A stretch of 64,000 nucleotides of DNA from Octopus bimaculoides (lineage: Eukaryota), in contig NC_068984.1 in the NCBI RefSeq assembly GCF_001194135.2, forward strand, positions 106,083,059-106,147,058. Reading direction: 5' to 3'. Positions 12,661 to 24,759 of the stretch are shown piece by piece. Each line of letters begins with the position of its first letter. Position 1 is the first letter of the stretch. Made by a program: the position numbers and the translations under genes. Below the pieces are notes generated by a model that made no database searches, had not been told where the DNA came from, and saw nothing but the letters and a program-made list of their open reading frames with translations.

Positions 12661-12950
12661 ATATATTTGCCAACTAAATGTGGCAAATGTAAATATATGT
12701 ATATGTATGTGTATATGTATGTATGTATGTATATAGGGTTATGATATATATATATCTATGATTATTGTTGGTATTTTTTTAAAGACAGATATGTTATTCA
12801 AATGTTGATTTCTAGATAGATATACATTACAAAACCTTCAACTTGACAGTTTTTACATTAGTGTGAGGAACGGAAAATTTTCCTTTCAGAATAGGTTGAG
12901 AGAAGAAAATAAAAATAAATTTGACTTGAAATTTCAATAAGAATGTTTAC

Positions 12951-13073
12951 CTCATTCAAATAACAATCAGTCCAGCTGTCACAAAGCGTTTGTGTGGTTT
13001 TGTTGATGCTAGAGTGACCAAGCATATTAAGGCTGTAACACAAACTACCAACAGCCAGGCTGACGCCACACAT
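12951..13073 (-). CDS. FOCAD: Focadhesin exon H (last found; 123 nt, phase 0 to 0): MCGVSLAVGSLCYSLNMLGHSSINKTTQTLCDSWTDCYLNE
   Basis: TATTTTCAG acceptor; GAG|GTAAAC donor. Resembles FOCAD TSGFALALGNIVHGLSVCGH...W...LTE. The eight exons total 1080 nt (360 codons) with no stop. Confidence 0.87.
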
Positions 13074-13148
13074 CTGAAAATAGACAGATTTAATATGTAG
13101 TCTTGGTACAAAAATTGTTATCAAGTTAAAATCTAAATTAACTCTTAA

Positions 13149-13349
13149 CCCTTTTGATACCAACCCACTTAGGAGTCAACCTTGGTCCTGTGATATAAAC
13201 TCATTGTTTTAAAGTGTTTTACACTTAAATTTTTCATCAGAACTTCTAGTTAGTTTATGTTCAAACACTTAATAATGATGAATTTTTCATTATTTTTGAA
13301 ATTAAATGAAACAAAGGCAGAGCATTCCAGAAATTTGATAACCAATGGA
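13149..13349. mobile_element. Second piggyBac-type MITE family (degenerate); tandem partial copies at about 29868-30737
   Basis: TTAA|CCCTTTTGATACCAACCCAC start, shared with 29873; degenerate right end followed by TTAA. Confidence 0.55.
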
Positions 13350-14058
13350 TTAAAGAGTGCATGTGATCAAACAGTAGATTAAGATAATTTTGAACCTCAT
13401 TAAATATTAATTGATATTAGTGTGCTTGCCACATATTTTTGTGGTCATAAAGATTGTTCAAAGAGATATCAAAGGACTAAAGTCAACTTCTTTGTTTTAT
13501 TTTTGTTTGCACAGTGAGAGGAGGGTAACTTGTTACATAGTGGGTTATACTGGTTCAGGCTGAGAATTATATGAACATATATGTGAAACACATCAACCAC
13601 TTATCTTCTCCACTCCCACTATTCCTGGGAAGGTCATGGGGGTATAGAGTCCTCAGGCTTCTCCCCCATAGGCTTCTACCAGAAGCAACCACTATTACAC
13701 TTTCTGGCTGGATTCCCAAGTCCCAATTGTGATGAACATAGACTAGATATTATTCAAACATTTCATTCTTGGTCTACCCCTAGGTGTTCTACCAGTTGGC
13801 TTAGCTTGAAGAGTCCATCAAGAAAGGATCCAACATCTTTCATCAATGTCTATACCAGCAGAAGACACACACAAAAGTAAGAAAGTCAATAAAATGGTAC
13901 TTTAGAATAAAAATACTCTGTGGTACTTATTCCACCCAAGTTGTTCATATGCTCTCTTGTCCCTCTCAGTGAATCAGTGCTGTTTGGTAATGTTGCAGGA
14001 GAGATAGTAAAAATGAAACTGCAGTCACTGAAAAGTTAAAATACCTTCAGTTACTTAC

Positions 14059-14178
14059 TTGTGGGTGTGCTTCACTAAGGTTTTTCAGATAATCAAAAAT
14101 ACTGTTGATTGTATCAGCGTTGATAATATTGGCTGAAAACACAGAACCACTGCAAGTGGCAACAGCAAAGCAAAGGAC
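14059..14178 (-). CDS. FOCAD: Focadhesin exon G (120 nt, phase 0 to 0): VLCFAVATCSGSVFSANIINADTINSIFDYLKNLSEAHPQ
   Basis: TATTTCAG acceptor; CAA|GTAAGT donor. Resembles FOCAD VLAYTLSCVCTSAFSAGII. Confidence 0.87.
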
Positions 14179-14211
14179 CTGAAATACAACAAAAATATAT
14201 ATATAGCAATT

Positions 14212-14694
14212 CAAGACAAAGGTTCATCACATTATATCTGGTATTTTTTACCTTTTATTTATTTTCTATCTACTTTCTCAAAAATGCATGAATTGTATAA
14301 CCATTATCATAATTTATTCACTTTTCTAGTTTGCTATAGCAATCACAGCCAAAGCTACATTAAAATAGTACCCTAATACTTTTGATATCCACACACTTGA
14401 AAGCTTCTTGTTAAAAATGTTCAAAGCTTCTTGTTTAAAATGTTCAAAGGTTAATTAGAACTTCCAAGACAAAGGTTCATCACATTATATCTGGTATTTT
14501 TTACCTTTTATTTATTTTCTATCTACTTTCTCACAAATGCATGAATTGTATAATCATTATCATAATTTATTCACTTTTCCAGTTTGCTATAGCAATCACA
14601 GCCAAAGCTACATTAAAACAGTACCCTAACACTTTTGATATCCACCCATTTGAAAGCTTCTTGTTTAAAATGTTCAAAGGTTAATTAGAACTTC
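14212..14694. repeat. Tandem duplication, units of 253 and 230 bp, nearly identical
   Basis: Units 14212-14464 and 14465-14694. Unit 1 carries an extra 23-bp internal duplication. Confidence 0.95.
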
Positions 14695-15933
14695 CAATTA
14701 TACTTTTATGTAAGAACCTTCTCATTAAGTTATATTTCAAATACAGGCATAACAACTGCAAATTTAGTTATTTAATTAAACATTCCAAATTCTCGGATTC
14801 TTTTTAAAATTAATCAAAGCACATTAGCAGTGTATTTTCATTAGAAATATCTTTACAAAAAGATTAATAATAGATGTCATTAACTTAACTTCATTTGACT
14901 ATATTCTGGTAGTACTTAAGAAAGTTTGGATGCTTCACAGCAACCTTAGTCTTACATCACATCACTTGAAAAACCTAACCTAACCTTAGTATGTAATCAT
15001 ATGTCTATCAACTATCTTAACACCTACCCCACTTAGGCACCCCATCATCGTAACATACCAGTATAGCTCCATTGCAGACATTATGTACTTTTAAACTTCT
15101 TAAATATACTGAACATAATATTCACAGGTATTGCAATCCTGATTTCAAGCCTTACATCTCTACTTTTTCTACTTTAGAAAGTAACTATTTAGCAATAATA
15201 CCAATCGTTTCCCTAAACTCCAAACTTGCTTACAATGTAATCAGAAACACTTCTGCTAATAACAATTATGTCTCTTAGAAGTTATAAACTTAATTAATTA
15301 ATTTAATTAGAACTTTAATTGATTAGAACAGTAATTCAATTACTAATACATCTAGACTATTATTTAGTGTTTGTGTTGTTAGGTATATAAATGCCTGCTA
15401 TCCCTCAAAAATGTCTTTCTCATATAAATCTAATTGAGTTCTCAATGCTTACCTATTGTGAGGAAATAGTCAATTTTTTTTTGCTACATGTTCCAACCGT
15501 CACACTGTCTGCTACTAGAGGTTTTCTTCTGCAAGAAGCCACAATTAAGATGCTTTACAGTGCTATGCTAGAATGTCTGGCCCCCCGTTAGCTTTGCAAG
15601 GTCCTTAATTTTGTGTAGCTTATCTTTGTCAATAACATCAATATAGTGGAGCAGTCTTCTTCAGTTTTTTCTATACTACTGTTTTTGCATGTTTCTTGAT
15701 CATCCAAATTATATGATATACTTTACAGCTCACCTTCAGTGACTGAATTCATGATTTGGCCCTTTGGACGAGAAAGGTTGTGCATCCCTGATCTAGAGTA
15801 ATGGCTCTATGAATCTCATTTATTTGCTGGACTGATTACTCATGTGCTGTAGGTCTGCTGACCTTGGAGTAAATATTAATAACAACAATAAGAGCATCTA
15901 ATAAAATCACAATAAAATAATAAACATGTGCAC

Positions 15934-16078
15934 CTGGAATATATCTGAAGAAGAATCTGTATTTTTCAAAAGAGAAAATAATTTATCGAGTATTTCAGCA
16001 AGATGTTGGCGAGATTCCGGTTTTCCATCTTCACACAAAGAAGTGAGTGCCAGAGTTAACCCAAGAATGCAACCAGAC
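15934..16078 (-). CDS. FOCAD: Focadhesin exon F (145 nt, phase 2 to 0): (R)SGCILGLTLALTSLCEDGKPESRQHLAEILDKLFSLLKNTDSSSDIFQ
   Basis: TTTTCCTCTTCAG acceptor; CAG|GTGCAC donor. GCILG...SR.H.A matches FOCAD TGCILGVGLVLS...SRVHVA. Confidence 0.88.
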
Positions 16079-16168
16079 CTGAAGAGGAAAATATCTTATG
16101 TGTCACATTAAATGCTATATAAGAATTGTATGCGTGTGTGCATGGAACATACAAAAACATTACATACA

Positions 16169-16201
<33 letters not shown>

Positions 16202-16549
16202 CTATCTATATATATATATATNNNNNNNNNNNNNNNNNNNNNNNNNNNNNNNNNNNNNNNNNNNNNNNNNNNNNNNNNNNNNNNNNNNNNNNNNNNNNNN
16301 NNNNNNNNNNNNNNNNNNNNNNNNNNNNNNNNNNNNNNNNNNNNNNNNNNNNNNNNNNNNNNNNNNNNNNNNNNNNNNNNNNNNNNNNNNNNNNNNNNNN
16401 NNNNNNNNNNNNNNNNNNNNNNNNNNNNNNNNNNNNNNNNNNNNNNNNNNNNNNNNNNNNNNNNNNNNNNNNNNNNNNNNNNNNNNNNNNNNNNNNNNNN
16501 NNNNNNNNNNNNNNNNNNNNNNNNNNNNNNNNNNNNNNNNNNNNNNNNN

Positions 16550-17220
16550 AGGTGCGTTTACATGCCTCTGCTAGAACTGTGATTTTGATTTCAGCTTGAT
16601 AGGTCTTCTTCTCAAGCACGATATGCCAAAGGTTTTGGTCATTGCCTCTGTGAAGCCTAATACTCGAAAGGAACCCAGCCACTTTGCCTGTGTGTGAGGC
16701 CCAACACTCGAAAAGAACTCAGCCACTTTGCCTCTGTGAGGCCCAACATTCAAAAGATGTTCTTTACGTGCTACCAGCATGGATGCACTTGGCTTGACAG
16801 GTCCTCTCAAGCACAGCACATCGCCAAAGTTCTCAGTCACCAGTCATTGCCTCTGTGAGGCTCAAAGTTCTAAGATCATGCTTCATGTGTCCCATATCTT
16901 CCTGGGTCTACTTCTACTACAGGTACCTCCACAGTAAGAGATCGGCAGTTCTCTACACAGCTGTCCTCATCAATATGCACCACATGACCATACCAGTGCA
17001 GTCATCTCTCTTGCACACTATATCTGATCCTATTATGACTAACTTTTCTCTCAAGATGCTTACACTCTGTTGAACATGCACACTGACATTGCACATCCAG
17101 CGAAGCATACTGGCTTCATTTCTTTCAAGCTTATGCATATCCTCGGCTGTCATAGCCTATGTTTCACTGCCATGCAGCATAGCTGTTCATACATAGGCAT
17201 CAAGCAATCTATCTTTTACT
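16550..17220 (-). mobile_element. RTE LINE ORF2 C-terminus and 3' UTR fragment
   Basis: ERNEASMLRWMCNVSVH...LREKL; KHDLRTL..TEAMT. Confidence 0.85.
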
Positions 17221-17507
17221 TTGAGAGAGAGACAATTTGTTGCCAGCAGGTGTAGGAGCTCTCTGAACTTTGCCCAGCCTAATCATATTCTCACAGCTAT
17301 ACTCTTGGAGCATCCTCCTCCGCTACTACCCATTCTACCCATTCTACACAGCACTTTCCTTGGATACTGGAACTGCAACTGTAACATCCTACATATATTT
17401 TTATTCTTATTTTCTTATTTCCCTTTATACTTCCTATAATCATCCTTTTCCAAAATAACTCCTGATATTGAACTCTACTATTTCCCTCCAGTTAACTCTC
17501 TCATATC

Positions 17508-17555
17508 GTCTCTGATGAAGGGATATCCCTAATATCCCAGAAAAAGCTGTAAGAC
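17508..17555 (+). ncRNA. Hammerhead-like motif (degenerate)
   Basis: GUCU-CUGAUGA-A-GGGAUAU(CCCUA)AUAUCCC-A-GAAA-aAGCUG-UA/-AGAC: stem I GUCU/AGAC, 7-bp stem II, palindromic AGCU. Position 15.2 is mismatched. Confidence 0.6.
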
Positions 17556-17780
17556 TACCTGTCTCTTTATAAACATCTTATAAATCACACACAGCCCTGG
17601 CTTCGTTGTCTCACTCTATTTAACACCATCAGGAACATACATTTACCCATGTGCTTCCACAGCCTTACCCTTTGACAATCACTGAAATACATACGTACAT
17701 TCATCATCAGAAAAATTATATACTATCTACACCACCAACTGCATGAGCAAATGCGCAAATTCTCTGAAATAATATGTGAT

Positions 17781-17844
<64 letters not shown>

Positions 17845-17894
17845 CAAACATACATACACACACACACACACATATATATATACATATATATTTA

Positions 17895-18735
17895 ATGATG
17901 CTGTAAAGAGAGAGACTTGGAAATGCTACTAAATGAAGAGAATGAATGGGAGAAAGAGAAACTTTCAAATACCAACCCAACAAAGGGACCAGGTATTCGA
18001 ATTAACAATACTTTGGTAGATAAAGCAATTAAAGGTATGAAGACAGGGAAAACCCCATCAGGAATCACTGCTGAGATGCCTAAGATATCTGGCAGTGTAG
18101 GCCATAGTCTAGTCACCTGTATAATCAACCAGGTGATACATGAAGGAGCCATACCCAATGACGAGTGTAGCAGCACCATAGTCAACTGCTACAAAGTTAA
18201 AGGTTAGGGTTAGGGTTAGATAGGGATAATTACAGAGGTATGAAATTGTAGGATCAGGTGATGAAAGTAATATGCTGTGCTTGAGCAGACCTGTTGAGTC
18301 AAGTAAAATCATAGTTGTGGCCAGTGCTGCCTGACTGGCACCCATGCCAGTGGCATGTAAAATGCACTATTTGAACGTGGTCAGTGCCAATGCTGCCTGA
18401 CTGGCTCCTGTGCTGGTGGCATGTAAATAGTACCATTCAAACATCGATGCAAGTACTGCCTGAATGACTCCCATGCAAGTGGCATGTAAAAAGCACCATT
18501 CGATTGTGGTTGATACCAGTGCTGCATGACTGGCCCCCATACTGGTGGCATGTAAAAAAGTACCCACTGCACTCTCAGAGTGGTTGGCATTAGGAAGGAC
18601 ATTTAGTTGTAGAAACCTTGCCAGATCAGATTGGAGCCTGGCGCAGCCTCCTGGCTTGCCAATCCTCAGTCAAGCTGTCCAACCCATGCCAGCATGGAAA
18701 GTGGACGTTAAACGATGATGATGATGATGATGATG
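17895..18735 (+). mobile_element. RTE LINE fragment: RT N-terminus joined by a large deletion to the 3' UTR and (GAT)n tail
   Basis: KAIKGMKTGKTPSGITAEM...IPNDE...TIVNCYK...NYRG.K..DQVMK, followed by the standard RTE tail. Confidence 0.85.
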
Positions 18736-19039
18736 AATGCACATATATACTTTACACACATACACACATCTCGTACTGTAGCTATGAATTAACCCCAGTA
18801 TACTCTGTAAAGTTGGTATAAGGAAGGGCATCTATCTATGGAGTCCAAACCAAAAAGGAAATATATAAGTAAGATGGGGTTCTCTGACCTACCTAGAAGA
18901 GCAGCAACAACTTATCCAAAACATACAACCAATATAAAATGCAGAATCAAAATAACAATGATACAAGATGTGATGGGTATTTGAGGACATTCAATTATCA
19001 GTGTATCACCCTCTTAAAACCATTGAAGAGGTTTTATTT

Positions 19040-20500
19040 CTTTCAGATCCCCTATAGTAGATACAATGCAAACAAAAAATGAAAAAAAACACGCAGTCAG
19101 TGTTACAATATGTGCAGAACACAGTGATTTAGAAATTGCAAACTTTCTAAATGTTGCATGATCTTTTGTACACAAAGTTCAGATGCCTCTGGTGGGAATG
19201 TCTGAACTGCTTCAAACAAAAAACATTCTGAACACTCAGACACTATAAGGACTGCAATTCATCCAACAGGTTCAAAAGATTATAAATGATAATCTTGGAA
19301 AATCAATGTGGGCCATCACCAAAGAACTTCAGGTGTTGGAGTGGACTATCAGAACTGTGATGCACAAAGACATTTGATGCAAGTCATTTCTATTAAGGAG
19401 AGGCCAACTCGTGTCTACAAAAATACAGGAAAACCATTTGAGCTGCAACAAGTGGTTACTTAACAAGGTTAAAACCCCAACAAACATAACATGATTTGTT
19501 TCCTCTCTGCTGAGAAGAACTTCAACCAAGGACTAAAGTCTAACAGGAGAAATGATAGATGATTCTGTGTAGATTTTTCTAATGTCCCCAGACTGAGGCA
19601 CATTATGGTTCCAGTAACTGTGATGGATTTAGGAGTGTTGAATAATGAAGATGATGTCATACCACCTTACATCTGTCCACAGGGTGTTAGAATTAGTGTT
19701 ACTGGATATGCTCAGGTGCTGGAGAATGTTGTTAATCCCTGGATAGAAGAAGTGCTCAATGAAAGGCAATGCATTTCAACAAACCTCAGTACCTTCTCAC
19801 AAAGCTTGTGTAACACAAGAATAAATGTTAAGCGTGGCTTAGGGGTTAGGGTGTCAGCATCTCGATCGTAAGATTGTGGTTTCGATTCCTGGACCGGGCG
19901 ATGCATTGTGTTCTTGAGCAAAACACTTCATTTCACGTTGCTCCAGTTCATTCAGCTGGCAAAAATGAGTAACGCTGCGATGGACTGGTGTCCCGTCCAG
20001 CAGGAGAGCGCATACGCCATTGAAACCGGGAAACCGGGCCCATGAGCCTGGCTAGGCTTTAAAACGGTGCATTTATTATTAGTCTCTATGATTATGTAAT
20101 AGCAAACTTGTGGATTCCAAATTTGCCAGATTTAAATCCCATGAACTACTACATTTAGAGTGTTATAGACACCCTCACATTGTGGTTGATACCAGTGCTG
20201 CATGACTGGCCCCCATACTGGTGGCATGTAAAAAAGTACCCACTGCACTCTCAGAGTGGTTGGCATTAGGAAGGACATTTAGTTGTAGAAACCTTGCCAG
20301 ATCAGATTGGAGCCTGGCACAGCCTCCTGGCTTGCCAATCCTCAGTCAAGCTGTCCAACCCATGCCAGCATGGGTTGGATGCCGTAGTCCAGGTGATGTC
20401 TCAAGTGAATAAGGATTAAGAAATGCAGACATGTTGACAATTATGGTTCCACATTGAAGCAGTAATATAAGCTAAAGGTGCATTAATAGAATAATCTTAA
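19040..20500 (+). mobile_element. maT/DD37D-type transposase remnant interrupted by a SINE and a 195-bp insert
   Basis: S(A)EKNFNQ..KSNRRNDR; VTVMDLGVLNNEDDVIPP; WIPNLPDLNPMNYY. Boundaries approximate. Confidence 0.7.
19831..20080 (+). mobile_element. tRNA-headed SINE with a V-domain-like block, inserted in the maT remnant
   Basis: B box GTTTCGATTCC; GCGATGGACTGGTGTCCCGTCCAG; (TTA)n end. Confidence 0.7.
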
Positions 20501-20880
20501 AATAAAGTTTATTGAGAAAATGTGCACAACATTTTATTAAAAAAGTATTACTCACCAGTATGGGGATCGAACATATGGCATTCACAATAGCACAATGCAT
20601 TAGATGACTAAGCTAACACGCCTATACATTTGATTTTCGCTTGGTTAGAGTTGTTTTATTAAATTACGAAATACACGTTTGTGTGTGTGTGTGGGAGGGG
20701 GGGTCACCTTGTCTTGACATTATGCAATAGCTGTATCACTGACACACAAGCAGTCTCATTCCTTTTCAATATTCTGTGAAAATATCTGACCATGGGGAAA
20801 CATCATCTTGCTTGGAAACAGCTGAGGGCTAACAACAGGATGGGCATCCAGTTATAGAAAATTGCACCTCAATAAACTCA

Positions 20881-20921
<41 letters not shown>

Positions 20922-20949
20922 CTGAAACNNNNNNNNNNCAATAAACTCA

Positions 20950-20990
<41 letters not shown>

Positions 20991-20997
20991 CTGAAAC

Positions 20998-21326
20998 CCC
21001 CTTCGGTCACGACTGACCATAGGATTGCACCTAGAAAATTACCCTCCCAAGCACAAGTCCAGGCAAGGTTGTTTATGGAAGACCAGCAGTCTCCCATGCA
21101 TACTGGCCTCTCCTCTCCATGCCACCAGTGTTATCCAAGGGAAAGGCAAAGGCTGATACAGCTTGGCACCTGTGATATTGCAACTCATTTCTACAGCTGA
21201 GTGAACTGGAGCAACGTGAAATAAAGTGTCTTGTTCAAGAACACAACACACAGCCCAGTCCGGGATTCGAACTCACACCCTCACCATCGTAAGCTCGACG
21301 CTCTAACCACTGAGCCATGCACCTTT
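20998..21326 (-). mobile_element. tRNA-headed SINE sharing its centre with 19831-20080 but with a different tail
   Basis: Minus-strand TGGCTCAGTGG and GTTCGAATCC boxes; shared TTCTTGAACAAGACACTTTATTTCACGTTGCTCCAG. Confidence 0.75.
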
Positions 21327-21361
<35 letters not shown>

Positions 21362-22144
21362 CACACACACACATATATGTATGTGTGTGCCAGTTCCACA
21401 TAAAAAGAACTTTTGCTGGTGCCACATAAAAAAGCACCTGAGCTGGTGCCAGATATAAAGCACCCGTGTTGGTGTGCCATAATAACATTGGTGCTGGTAC
21501 CATGTAAAAAGTACCCGGTACACTCTGTAAAGTGGTTGGCATCATGAAGGGCATCCAACCATAGAGACTCTACCAAAATAGACAATTGGAATCTGGTGTA
21601 GTTTTCTAGCTGGCCAGCTCCTGTCAAAATGTCCAATTCATGCCAACATAGAAAATGGACATTAAATGATGTTGATGATGATGATACATATATATTTTTA
21701 CACAGACATGCACACACACTCTCTTATTGACATCTATTCCTTATTCTTGTCATCTCTCCAACTCATATTTACCATTAACTATCCCTCCACCCTTGTTTAC
21801 CTTTTACTATATTCACTCCTATCCCCATCTCTAACCACCTCTCACTCTTCTTGCATGGTTTTGTATAATCTACCCATCCACCCTTCCTAACTTTCAGCCC
21901 CATACACTCTCTTCTACTCAGCTTCTGGTAGGCCACATTCTGGCACCTTGTCACCACTTTTTGCGCTCCACCCCAGTTACTTCCACCTAACCTCATATAA
22001 AATGTAGGGTGGCCATGTAACCTGCTCCTGTTCGATTTAGCATACTAAACATCTAGCAAAAGAGCCAGCACCCTTTCTACTGTAGCCCCACCACAAAAAA
22101 AAAAAAAAAAAAAAAAAGACAATTTTGGAAACATGATTTTTTAC

Positions 22145-22215
22145 CGGTTTGGAAAGCTATCATTCAAGGCACATTCTTCAAGAGCATCAAGAGATTTCCA
22201 TACTTCTTCCATATT
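22145..22215 (-). CDS. FOCAD: Focadhesin exon E (71 nt, phase 0 to 2): NMEEVWKSLDALEECALNDSFPN(R)
   Basis: TTTCTATTTAG acceptor; CG|GTAAAA donor. KSLDALE matches FOCAD MKSLDALENCC. Confidence 0.88.
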
Positions 22216-23126
22216 CTAAATAGAAAATTAAATAAGCAGGGGGAAAAAAATGAGAAAAAATTAATTCATAGGTCAAATTGTATGTATGAGAAGTAGAAGT
22301 TTTAGATAGTTTTTCAACTTTATTATTTGAATTCAAAAGAAGAAAAAAATTCTTCAATCTTCGCAAAGTTAACCTTGTAAGTAAAGAAAAATATCACAAT
22401 GACATATGACCTTTTAAGAAACTGGTTTATTTTGTCTAGAGAGAAGAAACCAAACAACNNNNNNNNNNNNNNNNNNNNNNNNNNNNNNNNNNNNNNNNNN
22501 NNNNNNNNNNNNNNNNNNNNNNNNNNNNNNNNNNNNNNNNNNNNNNNNNNNNNNNNNNNNNNNNNNNNNNNNNNNNNNNNNNNNNNNNNNNNNNNNNNNN
22601 NNNNNNNNNNNNNNNNNNNNNNNNNNNNNNNNNNNNNNNNNNNNNNNNNNNNNNNAATGTCATTTCCTTCAATAATTTGACTGTGAATATAAGAAAGGTG
22701 TCAGAATTTCAGGAAAAAAATGAAATTGAAATATTCAAAGACAAATGTACGAAAATGTACAAACAACCAAAATCTCACACCACCACCGCCGCCGCAGTAG
22801 TAGTAGTAGTAGTAGTGGCAGCAGCGGTGCGCCACCGCTACTACTACTACTACTAATGATAATAATAATAAAACAGCTACTCAAGATGCATTGTTGATGT
22901 AACAATTGCAGAACATAATATGAATAAATCAAAATCAAAAGAGAATGTAAAAAAAAAAAAAAAGAATGGAACTAAGAGAGTAATATACAAAAAAATATGT
23001 CTGTATGTGTGTGTATATATATAAAAGAATGCAACAAGAGCAAGAAGAATCACATTAGTTGTGACAGTGGCAGATGAGAGAAAAGATGACAATGATAACA
23101 ACAACAACAACAACAATAATAATAAT

Positions 23127-23979
23127 CATAATCTCAAACATTTTGGTGGGGTGGGGGGTAGTGGGGCAATAGACACCAGTAACTTCACCTGTACTTTATT
23201 TTATTGAGTCCAGAACAATGAAAAGTAAAGACGACCTTGGTGGGGCTTGAATCAAGAAAGTAAAGAGCCAGAATATATACCCCATTGCATTTTCGTGTGA
23301 TGCTCCAATAATTCCATGACTCCATTACTCAATTTAGGGGGAGGGGTCAAGTCAATTACATTGACTCCAGTGTGCAACTGGTACTTATTTTATTGATTCT
23401 GGAAGGATGAAAGGCACAGTTGACCTCAGCGGAATTTGAAGTCAGAATGAAAGGACGGACAAATGTAGCTAAGCATTCTGCTTGGTAAGCTAACAATTCT
23501 GCTAGCTTGCTACCTTAATAATAATAATAACAATAATGGTTTCAAATTTTTCCACAAGGGCAGCAGTTTTAGGAGAGGGGATGAATTGATTAAACTGATC
23601 TCAACTGGTACTTATTTTATTGATCCTGAAAGGATGAAAGGCAAAGTTGACCTTGGCGGTATCTGATTGAACTCAGAATGTGAAGACGGACGAAATGCCA
23701 CTAAACATTCTGCCTGGTGTACTAACGGTTCTGCTGGCTCACCACCTTAATAACAATATTAATAATCCTTTCTACTGAAGGCACAAGGTATAAATTTTTG
23801 GAGGAGGGGACTAGTCGATTACATTGACCTCAGTGTTTCACTAGTACTTAATTTCTCAATCCCGAAAGGATGAAAGGAAAAGTCGAGCTCAGCAGAATTT
23901 GAATGCAGAACATAAGGACAGATGAAATGCTGCTAAGCATATTGCCCAGCATGCTAATGATTCTGCCAGCTCGCTGCCT
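23127..23979 (-). mobile_element. Four head-to-tail copies of the same SINE family, separated by short AT-rich, mostly (AAT)n, spacers
   Basis: Repeated GGTACTTATTTTATTGA..GAAAGGATGAAAGGCAAAGTTGACC blocks at about 23190, 23380, 23610 and 23840. Confidence 0.8.
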
Positions 23980-24541
23980 TAATAATAATAATAAATGCCC
24001 TGATGCAATAATAATGGGCTACACTAATATTCTCCTCAATACCACAGATTTGCTTGTCAGTTGCTTGACCTTAACCAGTTGAGCATGTCCCTTAGTGGCT
24101 GATGGTATGTACATTCTGATCATGAGCAGAAGTAAGGGAGCATCATAGCCATGTGTTGAGAGTGATTCTTTTCGATTTGGAAAATTCACCTCTAGAAACA
24201 TGGGTATTTCGTTCATCATCCTTAAACAACCCATCTTCAGGGAACTTTTGAGTGGGATTGGCTATTTGACCTGAAGAAAATTCTAACTGGGCTCCACCTG
24301 AAAGGTCATGAGCTGAGCATTTATCTTGATATGAGATTACCAAGTCACACTCACATATGGTTGTAATGCATATGCCTGGTGTACCCTTATCAGATGGGTA
24401 GTCATGGTGGGTATATTGGGCTTTGTAAATGTTTCAGTGCTTTTGTTTTCATACTTCCATGGGTCAGTTGAGAGTATGCTGAAGCAGAGTTTGCTTCCTA
24501 TTTTATGACTGGATGCCCTTTCTGATGCCAGCATCCACCTA

Positions 24542-24759
24542 CGAAGGGGTACTGAAGAATTCCTGGCTTTGGGTAAAAGAAAGTACAGTAGGATCAGTTA
24601 ATCATGATTTTATTCACCATATTCCTCTTTCACATTCATATAATAATTGCAGTAGTCCTTCAGTTTTTCTAGGCCCTGTAAAAGAACTTGGAAGGTTGGG
24701 CCTCCAACTGAACTTTTTCGTGATATCCTTAAAGCCAGGTACTTTGCAGCACCCCCTCG
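24542..24759. mobile_element. Mariner-type MITE (218 bp); related copies at about 24980-25177 (inverted) and 33592-33978
   Basis: TIRs CGA(A/G)GGGGT..CTG..A..CCTGGCTTT with TA on both sides. Interrupts an RTE-tailed SINE. Confidence 0.85.

Noticed and set aside
16075-16110. GAC-CTGAAGA as a hammerhead core
   Set aside because: No GAAA or stem III. It is the reverse complement of the exon F splice acceptor (TCTTCAG).
20870-20997. Direct repeat of CAATAAACTCAG(TA)nAATAAACTGAAAC
   Set aside because: Also flanks a 10-N gap; assembly overlap.
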